Origin: Phoronis australis
Lineage: Eukaryota; Animalia; Phoronida
NCBI GenBank assembly: GCA_002633005.1
Contig: NMRA01000296.1
Location: forward strand, 164,399-228,398
Reading direction: 5' to 3'
DNA length: 64,000 nucleotides
Both the position numbers and the translations under genes were made by a program. Each line of letters begins with the position of its first letter. Position 1 is the stretch's first letter. The notes below the pieces were generated by a model that saw nothing but the letters and a program-made list of their open reading frames with translations, was not told where the DNA came from and did no database searches. Shown piece after piece: positions 26,158 to 41,100 of the stretch.

Positions 26158-29100
26158 ATGCCAGCCATTGTAAAGAACGTGGCTGGCAAAGCCAACCACT
26201 ATGGTATTGAAGTGGTGAGCAACATAACATGGCAGGGCTGGGAGCCAGGAAGCGAATACACTAAAAACATAACACTGAAGAATGTCAAGGTGAAAACACA
26301 GAAAATCAAATACAAGTAAGTGATACGTCCACTGATGTGCTTTTGTTTTTACCGGTCCTACAGTATGGATTCTTTGTCATTGTAGACACCGCCCAGTGAC
26401 CTAAACTTAAGGGGTCGTGAATAAAAAGCAACTGATTGTCATACTAACCAATGTTCGTTAGCAACTGCTCGAGTGATGTCATGGATATATACCAACCTTT
26501 ACAAATATGCATGTTTTTCCAATCTTAACCCTTGTTTGTCTCCCTAAGCAGAGTTTTGAAACGGTCACAATATCGTCGGCCATTTTGAATGAAGCTCTAT
26601 AGTCGTGACCGTTTCGTTTAGATGTAAATGCACGAAGTAAGACTACACAAATCAACTACAGTGCTTACAGTTACTGTAAACGACATGAAAACGCATTGCA
26701 TTGTTTAGTAATTCAGTTTCAATTGAAATAAATTGTTATGTCTTTTGCACCCAACTTCGGTGTGCAGACGTTTTCAATGAGGTTGTTTACATAAAAAGCT
26801 AAGAACACAGAATCATTTATCTCTCAGTATTTTATTGCTTTGATCTTACAAATTTGATCGACCCTGGGAAATTTTGATACATTGCCCAAGCCACCCCTGG
26901 AGCGCGTGTCAGCAAATCTGAACGATGTTTAGTTTCGAAAATATATCTGAAAACGCACAAACATGTGAATTAGTGAAATATGCTGTTTTAAGACACATTT
27001 GTAAAAAGAAACCACCCACTCACTGTTTATTATCATATTGTGAATGTGAACACGTCCGGGTATTCATTTGACGTTTCTAAGCAGACGAACACTGGAAACT
27101 TCAACACAAGATGTCGCGGGACCGCGCAGAAGCGGAAACTTGATAAGATCGTTCACGACTTTAGGGCACTCAAGACTTTAGAACCTCCGACGGTATATTT
27201 GTCACCTAAATCAAATTTATGCAAAACCTAAAAAGTTGGGAAATATTTTAAATGATTCACTGTGCCAATTATACGGAGAAACATCCAAACAAAACATATT
27301 GTCATATGGTCACATGACCTTCAACACCTAGCTAATTCACTGGCACTAAGGTGATAGACACTTTTGGCCAGTTTTGTTACATTCAAACACTGCATGTTAT
27401 TAGAAATTTCATAGGAATTATTGAATCAATTGGGATGCTCACTACTATAATGTTTACAAAGCAGTGATGTGTACGTCTCTCTTGCAGTGTACCCTGTACA
27501 AGATGCTCACTGTCTAACTGCTGTAATGTTTACAAAGCAATGATGTGTACGACTCTCTTGCAGTGTACCCTGTACAAGATGCTCACTGTCTAACTGCTGT
27601 AATGTTTACAAAACAATGTTGTGTACGTCTCTCTTGCAGTGTACCCGGTACAAGATGCTCACTGTCTAACTGCTGTAATGTTTACAAAGCAATGATGTGT
27701 ACGTCTCTCTTGCAGTGTACCCGGTACAAGGTTCTTCACCACACTCTATCCAAAGCCCATTGTACTCAGTGCTGGAACAAGTTTTACTCTGCCTGTAACA
27801 TTCCGTCCGCTGGAGAAAAGCATCTATGAAGATAAGATTGAGTTCTTTTCAAATGCAAGTGCCTACAAGTAGTTATCTTACTTGTTGTTTAATTGAGCAT
27901 TTACGGTATAGATAACATTTCATTAAGTGTCAGACTTTACTCACTGCATTATTTTTTAGCGTACTGCACACTGCAGTGTTGTAGTGGGTATTTTACTGTG
28001 CCGTAGTGTACAGTACTGCAAAAAAAATGAAATCCAAAGTTCAAAGAAATTAGAGGAGAATTTTTGTTCTGATCTGGTGACATGCATCAGCATTGGTGAT
28101 TGACAGTTTAGCTGTAAACTTAACAGCCACCGCTCATAGAAATTTCACATTCTGCGTTTATTGATTGTAGGAAGGGAAATTTGAAGTGCCCATCAAGGCG
28201 GTGCTTCCTGTGTATAAAGTCTCAAGCCCCGATCATTTGGCTTTCAACATGTGTGCTGCACATGATTGCATAGAGTTGGCGTTTGACATCAAGAACCATA
28301 GGTATGTGTCTTTTATTTTCATGTCAGTTCAGAAAAACAGGGGAACAGTTTGCTTGGAATTAATATCATTTCCAAGTTTTCTCCCACGACAAGTAACTCA
28401 CCTGGCTTACAAGCAATAACTCACATGGCATCAACCTCAGTTGGCCTGAGTACTTCGGTTATACTGCTCTTTTTCTCAGTGATATGTCACTTAATATGGA
28501 TCTAGGTGGCACTTTGGTTAGTTTGCTTTTCAACACCCATCCTGCTATCATAATGCCACTGCTGTGCAGTCGGTGTACTAATGGCTTACACAAAAAGGCA
28601 AACCTCTTGAAATATCCATGGATGAAGGACATCGTGCCCCATACATTTCCACTGTGAAGAAGAATCGGCATCTGTGAAATCTGTCAGGCTGCAACTCCTA
28701 AAGCGGGAGAACTTTGATCCCAGCTGATGCCAAAAAGGTGAAATAAATTAATGAATTTATTAATAATTAACCTAATTAAACAATCGGAGAGGCTGATGTA
28801 TTCTTCCGTGTTTAATCAATTAATAAACCACAATGTTAGAAATTGAATTTTTTTGTCCTCCAAACTTTTGCCCTGTCATTGTTCTAGAGAACACCAGTAT
28901 GAAAAGTCCGCTATTGTCCTGGAGTTTACGTGGATGTGATCCTTCTGTTAATTTTCATAGGAAACACTCATTACCAAGTATTCAATTTCATGTCTGTAGC
29001 AGTTACGATGATCTCCGTGGAAAGCAGTCACATGTTTACAAACATTTGGGCGTTTTTTTTACACATAACGAGATTCTGTGATCACCAAAAATTTTGAAAA

Positions 29101-32100
29101 TAAAATTTTATGGATCTACTATTAATGCTTAAAAAGTTAATTAAGAAATTTGATCTTTGTTAACGAAAGTATGCCATTAGCTTAAACTGCTATATGTTAA
29201 TTAGTCAGCTGCAGGAAAAGACTAATAAAATGTTGTGGTATTCCAAAGTTAGTCTACATACCCTTTTTTCTTGATACTAACTAATTTGTTAATAAAGCCC
29301 ATTTTGATCAGTCACTGTTTGTTTTCCCTCAGCGAGCTGGAGACTCCTTTCAAATGGACAGTTGATGAGCCGTTTGTTGTTGAACCAGCCTCAGGCATGC
29401 TCCAGCCGTTCGGAACTGCACGCATCCGCTGCACGTTCAAACCAAAGGTAAATGAATTTGAGTATCAAAGTGCTTTTGCAGCTATGTATCAGTGTTGTTA
29501 TTTCTGTGGGTTGACTGTGATTCTCCAGCCAGTTTGCTTAGCATTACCAATTGCCTCACTCTTGACCTGGAGTAAAACTTAGTGCCAAAGGTCATAACCT
29601 TTGTGTGGCTGATAGAGCTGAATGTTACCATCATTATCATTTTAAAGCAGCTTGAAACCTACTCATTCTGACAAAAACAACTTTCGATTTTGGTCACTAA
29701 CCGCAGTACAAGTGATCTCATCTTAGTTATTATTTACTCAATTCAGAAGTGATATCTGGGCTTGGGAAGAAGTGATTGCTTTAGACTGAGGCTCAGTAAG
29801 TCTCAGGTAATGCATGTCAGGTCAGACTTGAACATTAAGATACCGAAACATTGTATTTGTCTGGATGAATTATTGTACTAACAAATTTCACTTCTGTCGT
29901 ACGACATATCAAGCATATAATGCCGTTTTGGAAGCCAGCGTGAATGTGTCTGGGAACTAGAGATAAAGTTGTTTTGGACATGAGAACCTGCTTCATAGTT
30001 GCTTGAAATGTTATTTTGAAAAATATTAATTTTTAAATATCACCATATCATAAATAATTCACATATTCATGATTATTATGAAAAATAATGATCTGATTTA
30101 GAACTGTGTTGCTTAAGACAGCTCTGGTTAGTGTATATACAGTAAATAACTGTCAAGCACTGACATTTAGCATGTAGATTACACTCCTTGTATTGTCATT
30201 AACTTGTTAACATTCTAGCTTGCTTGCGTCTATGAAGTGGATGCTGTCTGTGAATATGGGTCAGAAGAGTCAACAAATCAGGTTGTGACACGTTTGGAAG
30301 GCATAGGTGAGTATGAAATTGTGACCTGTATTATATTATATTTTTAAAAATAGTTGCACCAATGTCAGGCTCGCTGTAGGTTATTGCCTTCTTTGAGAAC
30401 ATACCTCAATTATGTGCTATTCGAACTGACTTCAACATGGTTGATAATTATTGGTCAGAAGTTACATGGCCACATGACCTAATTAGTGACAGATGAATAG
30501 TCAGAATCAAAATCTATAGGCTTACTACTTTCAGAATATATATTTATATACGCTAACTGTGAAGCGATACCAAAGCTAGTATACAGTGAAACAACACGTG
30601 TAGGTGAGATAAATTCAAAATCAACCAAAAATTGTGTTTTTTTGTATTATTATAAACGTGACAGTATTGAAAGGTACGTGTCCACAGTTTTAGGAACTGC
30701 TTTCTTAATCTCTGACCCAAACGCCTAGATAATAATTTACGCGGTCTAATGCCTTAATACCCAAAATATCATGATTAGGTGTTAAAATACTCAACCATGT
30801 TTTTATGCGATAAAATTGGTTGATTTTCTCTTCTACCTAAATATTGTCAATCCTGGAGTGAATATCTGGAATCATATTTTCAATGATGGAAACAAACTTC
30901 AGTGCTGCAGGTTGAGTTCATCACATTGTGTGGAGACGACAAAATTTTTTGTCTGATTATCAGTAAAATGAAAAACTGCACAAAAACTGGAGGTCAAATA
31001 CGTTTGGTGGTTTCTACTCCTATAGCTCTGTATTTCCTGCAGCATAATTCATGAGGCGAATATGAAAAATTGGACAACCAACCAGGTGCAGTAACTGATC
31101 TCGGCACATTTCAACTTTTCCCAATACTCTGTTGTGAAAATGAAAACAGTATCACGCTGAGCATAGAATTCCTCTCCAGGTTTACTCGGCTCATGTTACA
31201 AGCCAACCTTAGCCGTCATTACCTGACTGCTGCAACATTGTTTTTACTTCTTTATTTTTGCAATTCCATTAAGTGTTCTACCGTAATTGTAAAAATACAT
31301 ACACAATTTAATTTAAAAGCATCAAAATTGGCCCAGAAGTAGTAAAATTACAAAGTATCATGGTTTTAAATATGAATCCTCTTATCTCATCTCCCAAAAC
31401 ACTGGCTCACATACAAAAACAACAAGAATCTGTTACCACTGAGAGTAATTGATCTGGCCTGAGGGGAATCATTAGAGGGTCACAGTATGTAATCTGTCTG
31501 ATGATGTCTCATGTTTCATGCATACTTTGGGTTTCAGTATTTTGCCTAATCTCCGGTAGTATAGCACTTTTAAGTTTAAGGCCTTAAAAATAAGCCAACA
31601 ATTATCTACCAGTCACTGTTTTTATTGCTGTATGAAAGTTTTGTATTAAGTCAAAAGTCAAAACGACCCATGATTATTTGCACTTGTTTTGTTTTCGTAA
31701 TTCACCACTGGCATGGTTATGCACTGAACTCCTGTTTTTAGCCACAATTGATTGGTTTCAGGAAAACTGCCCCACCTACTGGCCACTATGCCTGGAATGC
31801 AAGCGCTTAGTGCGACTGACCTATCAGAGCCAGTCTTGAAATATGGAGACGTCGGGATTGGACAGTCTGTTGAAAAATACATCGAGCTGCATAACCTGTC
31901 TGCGGTAGGTCGCAGAGCTTAGTGTCATCTTCTGGTTCTGTAGTTAATGCAGCAACTAATTTTAAAAACCACTATGTAACAGCTGTCAGTAAGCACTTCG
32001 TATGTTCAAGTTAAAATACTGCAAAGTGTTGTACAGTCTTTTTATTAACGGAACTACGTCAACTAAAAGAAAATAATTAATATATTGATTATTTATTATT

Positions 32101-35100
32101 TTTTGTCACTCTTCTTTTGGTTTATCTCAGACTAAGTTCATACCAGGTTTTGATTTCTTGTTTTAAGAATGCAAAGGTGTGGCAAATGAATTTGCTTAGC
32201 AACTAAATATTGTTGACTTTGAGATGGTTTGAAATTGTTCATACTTTAAGCTGCTTTTTCGAGAAAGCGCTAAAAACGCAAACTGTTTTTACTTTGATCG
32301 CAGAAAAGTTTTCTTATGTGCAACTGCAGTGAAAGTTTATACAAAAATTCATTGGATTATTTTATCTTTTTAGGTGAACGCGCGGTTCAGAATTGATCAC
32401 CCCACTGGATTGAGCCGTATCGACACAGTGTTCACCTGTCCACAGAGACACGGAGAAGTGCCGGCCATGCAGTCGGTTAAAGTGCCGGTATGGCCATTTT
32501 TCTGTGCTATCAACATTTTACTCTAACTTTTCTCTGTAGTGAAAGAGATTCCAGGAGCTCGGAATGTCGGCTGATTTGTTTTCTAAAAACTAATTATGAC
32601 TATTATAGTAATGTCTAGCACATGTTTTGCATTTAAGTTGTGAGTAATTGATTATCAGTTTCAAGTGTGGTTTAGTGTAACACATGACTTTTGTCAGTTT
32701 ATCTGTGGTAAACATATTATATTTATTTATATAATCTTGAAATGTTACCCACAAAAGTATTCTGTGACCTTCCTCAACTCACATTGAATTAAGATTGAAT
32801 AATTTCAGAGTTCAGAGAGCATGGGAACAAACTTTTTGAGAATCGGGTACCTCTAATCTTTGCCTAAAATGCAGCTAGATATTAACAATTTATGTGATTT
32901 AATTGCATAAAATGACTTTCAATATACTAAATCAGTATTTGGTTTCAAAATAATACTTAACCCATCTTTTTTGTGATACAATTCTCAGTTTGTGTTTTGC
33001 ATTGTTCCCTGGGCGAGCGGTGTAGTCTCTTCTAAGTTGGGTGCAGAATTCACCACTTCCTTGATCTAAATTGTACTGATTTTTTGTCTTATAAATTCCT
33101 TATTAACAGGAACAGTATGCTCAATAAGCAATAAGTGTGTGAAAAGTTCCTTACAAGTTGAATGCTCCATTCATATGCTATTCATTCTTTACTTGTGCAA
33201 TTGGAGAGACTTTTATTTTAGAAGTTCTCACGTGTTGTTGTGAAACAGTGCCAACTGGTTCTAAAACTAAGTACCATCTGGTTCTAAATCTTGTAAAATC
33301 CCCATTTTTACAATAAAATTAATATACTTTTCTGTTTTGTAGTATTTTTAAAGCTTAGTTGATTGAATAAATTGATAGGTGGCCTGAATTTTTGTTAAAA
33401 GTGAGAGGGAGTACTTATTAACCTTCGAGTGGAAAATATAGTCCAATGAATTCACTGCTTGTTTTGCAGATCTACTACAGCCCTAACATCGTCAATGCAC
33501 AAAGTGTGGACTACTTTCATGTCTCTGCAATCGGCAACCTTAGCAAGACTGTGATAAAATGTGTCGGAAATTGTGTCGGACCCAAGGTCGTTCTGAGCAC
33601 AAATTCGGTCAACTTCTTCCAAATCGACGCTCACCAGGTGGGCACAAAGACTCTTATGGTAACCAACACGTCGAACCTTGAAGCAGCGTACAATGTGAGT
33701 AATTCAGTCGGCACTTTGGTTTGATTCAACCTATTAAGCTAGTATTTGCATGCACTATGTTTTTAGCATTTGTTGCATTATAAATAGTTCAAGGATTTCC
33801 CCACTGACTCGTCACAGGTACCAGTTCACTAAAAATACGATAATACATAAACTAAACCAAAATACCTTGAAGTTCCCATCTTCATTTCATTTTTAATTAA
33901 AGGGTTAACAAATCTGACCATCTTTGGAGAATCTTCCGTTTTTAGAATAATTATGTTTTTCACATATTGAATAAAATTTTAATTCTTTTTCGAAAAGTAT
34001 TATAGATGGAGGGCTTAGGACACTACAGCTAAAAAATCAGTTTTTATCTCGCCTTTTCTGCAGAAATAACATTGAATTATATGGACATGTAACTATGGTT
34101 CACCGAGTGACATTTGGCGTTATTCATCTACTGGTACTGTAGTTTTCAGAATAAACTGGACAGGCATGGAAAGAACTCTGGTTAGACTCTGTCGAACTTA
34201 GACAACTTCTTGCCAGAATTATTTGGGAGCTTATTTGAACATTTATTGCAATAAAAAAGGATATTGTGCACCTTTAGTCATATATTATTGTGCCTACCCG
34301 CCGATTGCTATTTATAAGTGGACAAAGTGTATGGCACAACACCTGTCGAAATTTTGTAATGAGGTTTAGCCAAAACTTCATCAAATTGTGAAAATTACTG
34401 GACAAAATATGAACACACTTTGTTTTTAACATTTAATATTTTATTTGATATTATTACCCTACACTGAATAGAAATGCAAAAAACAAAATCACCGAAATAA
34501 TATAATTTAGTTAAAAAATAACTTAAATGCTCATAGTTGTATTGAACACGGCCTTAGTAACAAAAACCAACTTGTTGATCCCCTTGAAGTAATGCTGGTG
34601 TGCTTTGTTCCAAAGTTCACAATGACTTTACATGAGCTTTTGTTATTTTCATTGTACAATGTGTCAGTCTCCTTGTCAAAAGTATTTTTCTGGATTCTAT
34701 GAATTAGCGTCAGATAGTGAACTTTTGAAAGATGCCATACTTGTTACATTCTGAGATCATATGGATTTAAAGACTCAATAACAGTATCAAACAAATTGAT
34801 TTGTTTGTTTAGATCTGAGATTAAATGGGTAAGCGGACAATGAATTACAGAGCTGGGCAATTTTTCCAAACCAGTGAACTTTATGCTAGGATTGGCCTGT
34901 GTGTCCCGCCCAAATTTAGTACTCCTGTGCATAATAACATTTTAGCTGTTTCTTATTACAGTTCGCTATTGACTGCGAAGAGAGTGTCTTTAAACTAGAC
35001 AAGGTGGCAGGTGTATTGAAGCCAGGCGCCTCACACAAGGTGGTCGTGCGCTTTGCACCTGTTCATGCCATTAATTATTATCGGCGACTGGCATGTGTTG

Positions 35101-38100
35101 TCGAGAATCAGGTACGCTTTGAAAACCAATGGCTTGTAGGCAAAATACAATAGAACGATTCTTCTGATTTAGTTCAGCCAGTTTCATAATGATTCAGTTA
35201 TTATTTTCAAACAGGAAATATGAAACATGCTTCGAGAAGTCAAATCCAAGTTGAGCATTTTTTGCCCATGTCTTATTTTCTGCTTTTTATAACACGTCTT
35301 CGATTGCGGCTTAGTTCTCTGTTATTGCGTTTTTCAAAACTTGTTTAATTTCTACCATTTAGAGCATTTGATAATCATTGATAACACATTCTATAGTATA
35401 TTAATAAACACTCAACCTACACTAATTACCCTAGTGTTTATTGCACTTGCCAAGACTATGCCCCCTAGTGGCTTCAGACTGAACTAAATGAATTACTTCT
35501 TGCTTTCTTTTTTCATGAACGATTATTGGGAAATTCATAAAACTTTAAGACATGGATTTTATATCTTGCTTATGACTTTCATGTTTTCTGTTGATGCAGT
35601 TGCTAACTTGGGTCAATGGTACACACCCCTTTTCACATTTATGCAGTCTAGTTTTACTTGCATACATTTTTAATTTCAGGAACCCCTATTCGTTGACCTG
35701 ATTGGCACCTGTCACTCAGAAACTTTAAAACCAGCCGTTCTGCAGGCCAAGCACATAGACTGTTACAAGGCTCTTGTAGAACGAGGGTTGTCGATATTTC
35801 CTCCGGAGGTATGTGTCGTTGAAATGCCTTGTGTACACCCTGAGTACCATTTTGTCAGGGAATGTACACTTAGAGAAATGATGTTTTACATTTCACAACA
35901 ATGCTGAACATTACTTAATAGTTTAATGTGACTCAGTATGGCCAAGAATTTATTCGGGCCACCTGTTGATATCCCACCTTCCAACGCAGAAAATAACATT
36001 CGATTAAGACCACCTAACATTGAAATTGGTTTAAAATTGTCCCGTTCGTTAAATTGGCAGCGATTTCAAGCCTTGGACACTGTTAGTGACAGTTGGTCAT
36101 TGCTTGAGGTCAGGATCTACAAATTAGCTTGTCACGGAGTGTCATTTTATGTGGTGGGAATGGTCTCGAGGAATAACTACACACTGACAATTCTTTGCAA
36201 AGTCAGAAGTCCTCTTCTTGAATGAAACGCGGGATTATAGCTGCTTTGATTTTCGATATCTAGCTTGAATTACCTAGTTGCTGTTTTAGTAACAATCTGT
36301 TCTGTACAGTTGAGTATATAAGTTAGAACTGAGCAATAGCTACCATTCCAGGCTCAGCTATTCATGATCTTCATTTGGTGATGAAACAATTGTCTTCTCA
36401 ACCAGGACCACTTTCACTGATCCTGCACATCAATTTCTAAAGGCCTAGTTTGTGAGAATGACACCCATGATTTTCAACTGTCCAAAGGACTACTTGCCCC
36501 CTCCACAGGACTACTTGCCCCCTCCAAGCCCAAAATATTCCATTCTTAAACTATTATTATATGGATTTGTCTGATGGGTGATTTGGTTATTAGTAATGTT
36601 GTTTGTAGACAACTATTGTCAGCTTTCAACCTTTAATTTTTGTTTGTCCTTTTATCAAAATTCTCAGCAAACAACTGTTTTGATATGTTTCCTCTCAGTC
36701 TTGTCATTTTTGGGGTTTTTTTTGTTGTATTTGGTCAATTCTGCCTGATAATTTTGCCAAAAAAATATACAAATTAAGTTGTTTGAACCACTTTACACAA
36801 TATTATACTATGATTGAAATTTTGAAACTTTATTTTCAGCATTTGAACGAATTGTTAGACAAGAATCAACTGGAGGTAGACTCTCAAGGAGCGCTGATGA
36901 GCGTCCAGGTAGGCCTTGCACGCTGCTGTGCTTGCCACCACCATATCTAGGATTTATGATTCCAAGCAGTTTTAGACTCCTGACAATTTTTAGGGTTTGA
37001 CTTCATTTAAAACATAATTAATGTTTTGTGTTATTCATGAGTAAGTTTTGGCAAATTGTCTTGAAAATTTTATGACAAACTTTTGAAATATGTATGTGTA
37101 AAATGCCAAACATTGCCACACTCACAGTAGTAGACTAAAACTTTGATTTTTTCAGAATTTTATAATTGTTATCTCCAGTGATATATATTTATTCAAGAAT
37201 ACACAGAACTTACCAGGGAAATAATGATAAACCCAGAAATTGTTTTATCTGGTTTTGTTGTACGAACTTTGAAATTATCACATTATGTAAACAACGAGAT
37301 ATCGATTTACGTTTTGGTTTATTATTCTCAAGACAAAAGTTCACATTATTCAATCAGGAGAGAGACACAGGGAGAACAGACTGTTTAGGTACATGTAAAA
37401 ATGCATTGTGTGAACTTTTGTATTGAGAATGGTTTATAGAGAATAAACCGAAATGTTTATCAATATGTCATTGTTTACATAATTATGCACTAATTTTAAA
37501 GTTTGTATTCGTATTTTGGACAAAAACAAGCATGATCAATGGTTTTGTTGTCTAAGACTAAGAATCATAATTATGATCCTTTCCTGGTAAAAATGATTAG
37601 CGCTTGTCTTAGAAGTTAAAGTGGTTTTGACAGAGTTGTAGACTGTTTTAATTCCAAATAATTTCTATTCTGTAAATGACCACTCATGATGTTATTTCAG
37701 ACATCTTTCCTTGAGCAGGCTACACAAGAGGTTTGATTGGTTTTTATTGTGCCACTGAGTTTGACTGTGTTTCCATCATTTAGTTATAATTGTATCCAAT
37801 CATTTTGTTCCCCCACACGTTATATATTTTGCTTGCTCATGATTAAGACTGAGTAGATTGTGATTTCAAGTACATAATACTGCAGCGCCATCTGTAGGTC
37901 AATTGCATAAATTTTGTAATTGCATCAAAGTTATAAGATACTGACTATGTCTACCTCGACCTCTAGTTGACGATGCATTAGATTGTACATTTCAAGGATT
38001 CAAATTGAATCTGTTGCAAGGAAGTATTCGTGTGTCATGTGCAACCACTGCTGAATAAAGTCTTCACATTATGAATTTGTCAGTAATGCGAATTCAGTAT

Positions 38101-41100
38101 ATGTAAGCCATCTGTAAAGTAATGATTGGATAGTTTATTTGTTTAGTAGGTGCCTCTGTGTGGGTTAGACTATGAAATTATCAATTGGATGATTTAATGT
38201 GCCAATCTTTGTCTTATTACATTAAAGTATTGTGCTGCCATTAGGCTTTCCATCAGGCAACATTCACTTAATAGTTATCTAATTAATATTACATCACAAA
38301 AATGCAATATTTTTGCCTCCATTTTTGCATGCACAACAGGTTAATGTATTTATACGTACTTATCTGATTTGGCGTCTTTGTCTTAGTTTTAATCCTGGTT
38401 AAATTTGCTTTCTATTTCTGGGCTTAAGTTGTTTATGTTTATGTTTGCAGGCCGAGTCGCTTGAGCCCCTGTGCACCCCCTTTCCACTGATCAGTTCTGT
38501 TGATGAGTACTTCAACGATGGATACCATTCCGATGTCACTGTGAGTAGAAATCTTAATATTAGAAAGGCATAAATTCGCATATTATATGATTAATGCTGT
38601 GGCAACAAACTAGAGTTCCGTCGAAGAAACTAATTTTTCATGTATACTCCTTACCCCTGCAAAATTGGTCTTAACTTTTTCCTGCTCGGATGAGAAGTGA
38701 TTTTTGGTCTTGTAAAGAACTGACTGTTCGTTATTCCTCAAGGCCATGGGCGGCAATTAAATAAAACAACATGCTGCGACGAGTCAACTTGTCCAGCTTG
38801 GTCTATAGCAATGACATCAGATATTTCTAACCCCAGAAATCACTCCTATTTTGACTAATGATGTTTTTAACAATAAGTGATGTAATAAAAAAAAATCGTG
38901 ACTGAAGGCGGGTTTACATGCACTGTTTCAGTTATATCTTTGACTCTAACAAGCCGCACTAGTTTTTAAAAATACATTTGAGCGCCATATGTTGGTGAGT
39001 TAAAAGTTGCCAAATTCGGAGTAAGTCCAAATTAGGATGAAGTGGTTCATTGAGTCAAAAATACACCTGTGAGGTGCATTCTGGCCACAGTGAAACATTC
39101 TACACACAACTCTCTAGCTTGGTGACAGCACAAAAGTGACTCTGCATTGACCCTTGACCCACTTTCTAATTTGTTGTGCATGACAGGTTGAGTTGACATG
39201 GACAAAACACAATTTCATTCACAGACAATTTTGAGATGTAGAACATTTTCTCAAGAATTGTTTTCCTATATTTGGATGCAGAACACTGTCCGACTATTCT
39301 ATCACCATCAAGCAACTAGGTTCATTTCATATGTCGCGGCAATATTGGAAAATGGCTATTAAATGTGACTGGCATTTTGACTAAAGCCCAATTGAAAATA
39401 TGTATGCACAAAAACTCTTATGTCTATGGAGAAGTGGTCACCGTCTTTCTGTTGTGTTACAGTACACCATTCCACATGTGAGTGTAGATGTGTTCCAGGC
39501 TGATTTTGGACGATGCACGGTGTTACGAGGAATTGACCCAAAGGTAACTCATCTCTAAACCCCTATCAATCACATGCTACTAGTTTCGCATGACAGATCA
39601 CTCCATGACTTCTCTAGTTTCACACAACTGGTCACTATAGTTTCACATGACAGATTGCTATAGATGCGCATGACAGATCACTACTTTCACATATGGCAGA
39701 TCACTATAGTGTTTGAGATGACTGACAGATCATTAGTTTCAAATGACAAATCAATTATAGTTTCACATGGCAGATCACTATAATTTCACCTGGCAGATCA
39801 CTAGTTCCACATGACAGATCATTAGTTTCAAATGACAAATAGTTTTACATTGCAGATCACTAATTTAACCTGATAGATCACTATAGTTTCACATGACAAA
39901 TCACTATAATTTCAGCTGATAGGTCACTTACAAAGTTTCACATGACAGATCACTATTGTTTCATATGACAAATCACTATAGTTTCACCTGACAGATCACT
40001 GTAATAGTTTCATGTCACGGATCACTTAGTTTCACATGAAGGATCACTATAGTTTCACATGACAGCTTTCCTTTGTTTGTTTGCAAATGACATACAAGAG
40101 TCGAAGAAAAAGGCATATCTTCCAACAGGTACTGAGAGAAGGCAGTGTAGCCTGGTGGGATGTATCCACTTCCTTTATACTCAAGGTCGTGGGTACGAGT
40201 TCCACTGGGGTACACTGCTAGACCCTTGAGTCAGGTCTGTACAGCAGCTCATCAGGTCCGTTTCAACTTGATTATACATTAATAATGCATGAATTTGGTT
40301 TTTGGTAATCAGTGCAACGGGCCCACCTGAGCGACCTCTGCACATCTGGTACAATGTGCATCGGACCACCTTCAATGTTTTTTTAATCATGGTTTCAGAG
40401 TTTTTATCAAATATGCTAAAACTCTTTTTGCTCTGTGGTTTGAGTTGGCTGCTAAATCCTAATATTTATTGATAAAGAAAGTGAGTGTTCTTTCTTTCCT
40501 TACTATTTTCTTGTGATCCAGAGATGTTCAGTTTGTAAATGTATGAAAAATAAGGTTGTGTTATTGTTGGTTAAGCTCATTTCAAATTATTTGTTGTTAA
40601 CTTAATATGAATTTATTTTTTCTTATCAGATCATCAATGTCACAAATCACACCAAAGGCAAGATCACTGTTCAATGGATGACAGATGAGACTCGCACGTT
40701 TTCTGTCAGTCCAACGTCCCTGGACATCCCACCGTTGAAAGCTTGCTCATTTAGAATCACATTCAAACCAGTACGTATGATTGCGTGATAGTAGGAACAT
40801 TCAAGTAAAGTCAAGGCTTGAGGAAACCCAAGTTTTATCCGAAACTTGACTCAAAAACTGACCAATAACAAAGACGTGAAATTTAAAAGTTTCTCAAAAG
40901 GTCCCAGATAGCAATTTTGTAGGCAAGTCAGGAAATTTTGATCTCTGAGCTTGAAGTACGTCTTGATGACCTACAGTGTAATTGTGAACATTTGCCTGTG
41001 CAGTAAGCAGTGCTACTATTTTGAGTGTAAATAAAATTTTGCAGAGACAAATATTTTAGAATATTGTGTCCCAATCAACCTATAAGTTTTAGTAAATTCT

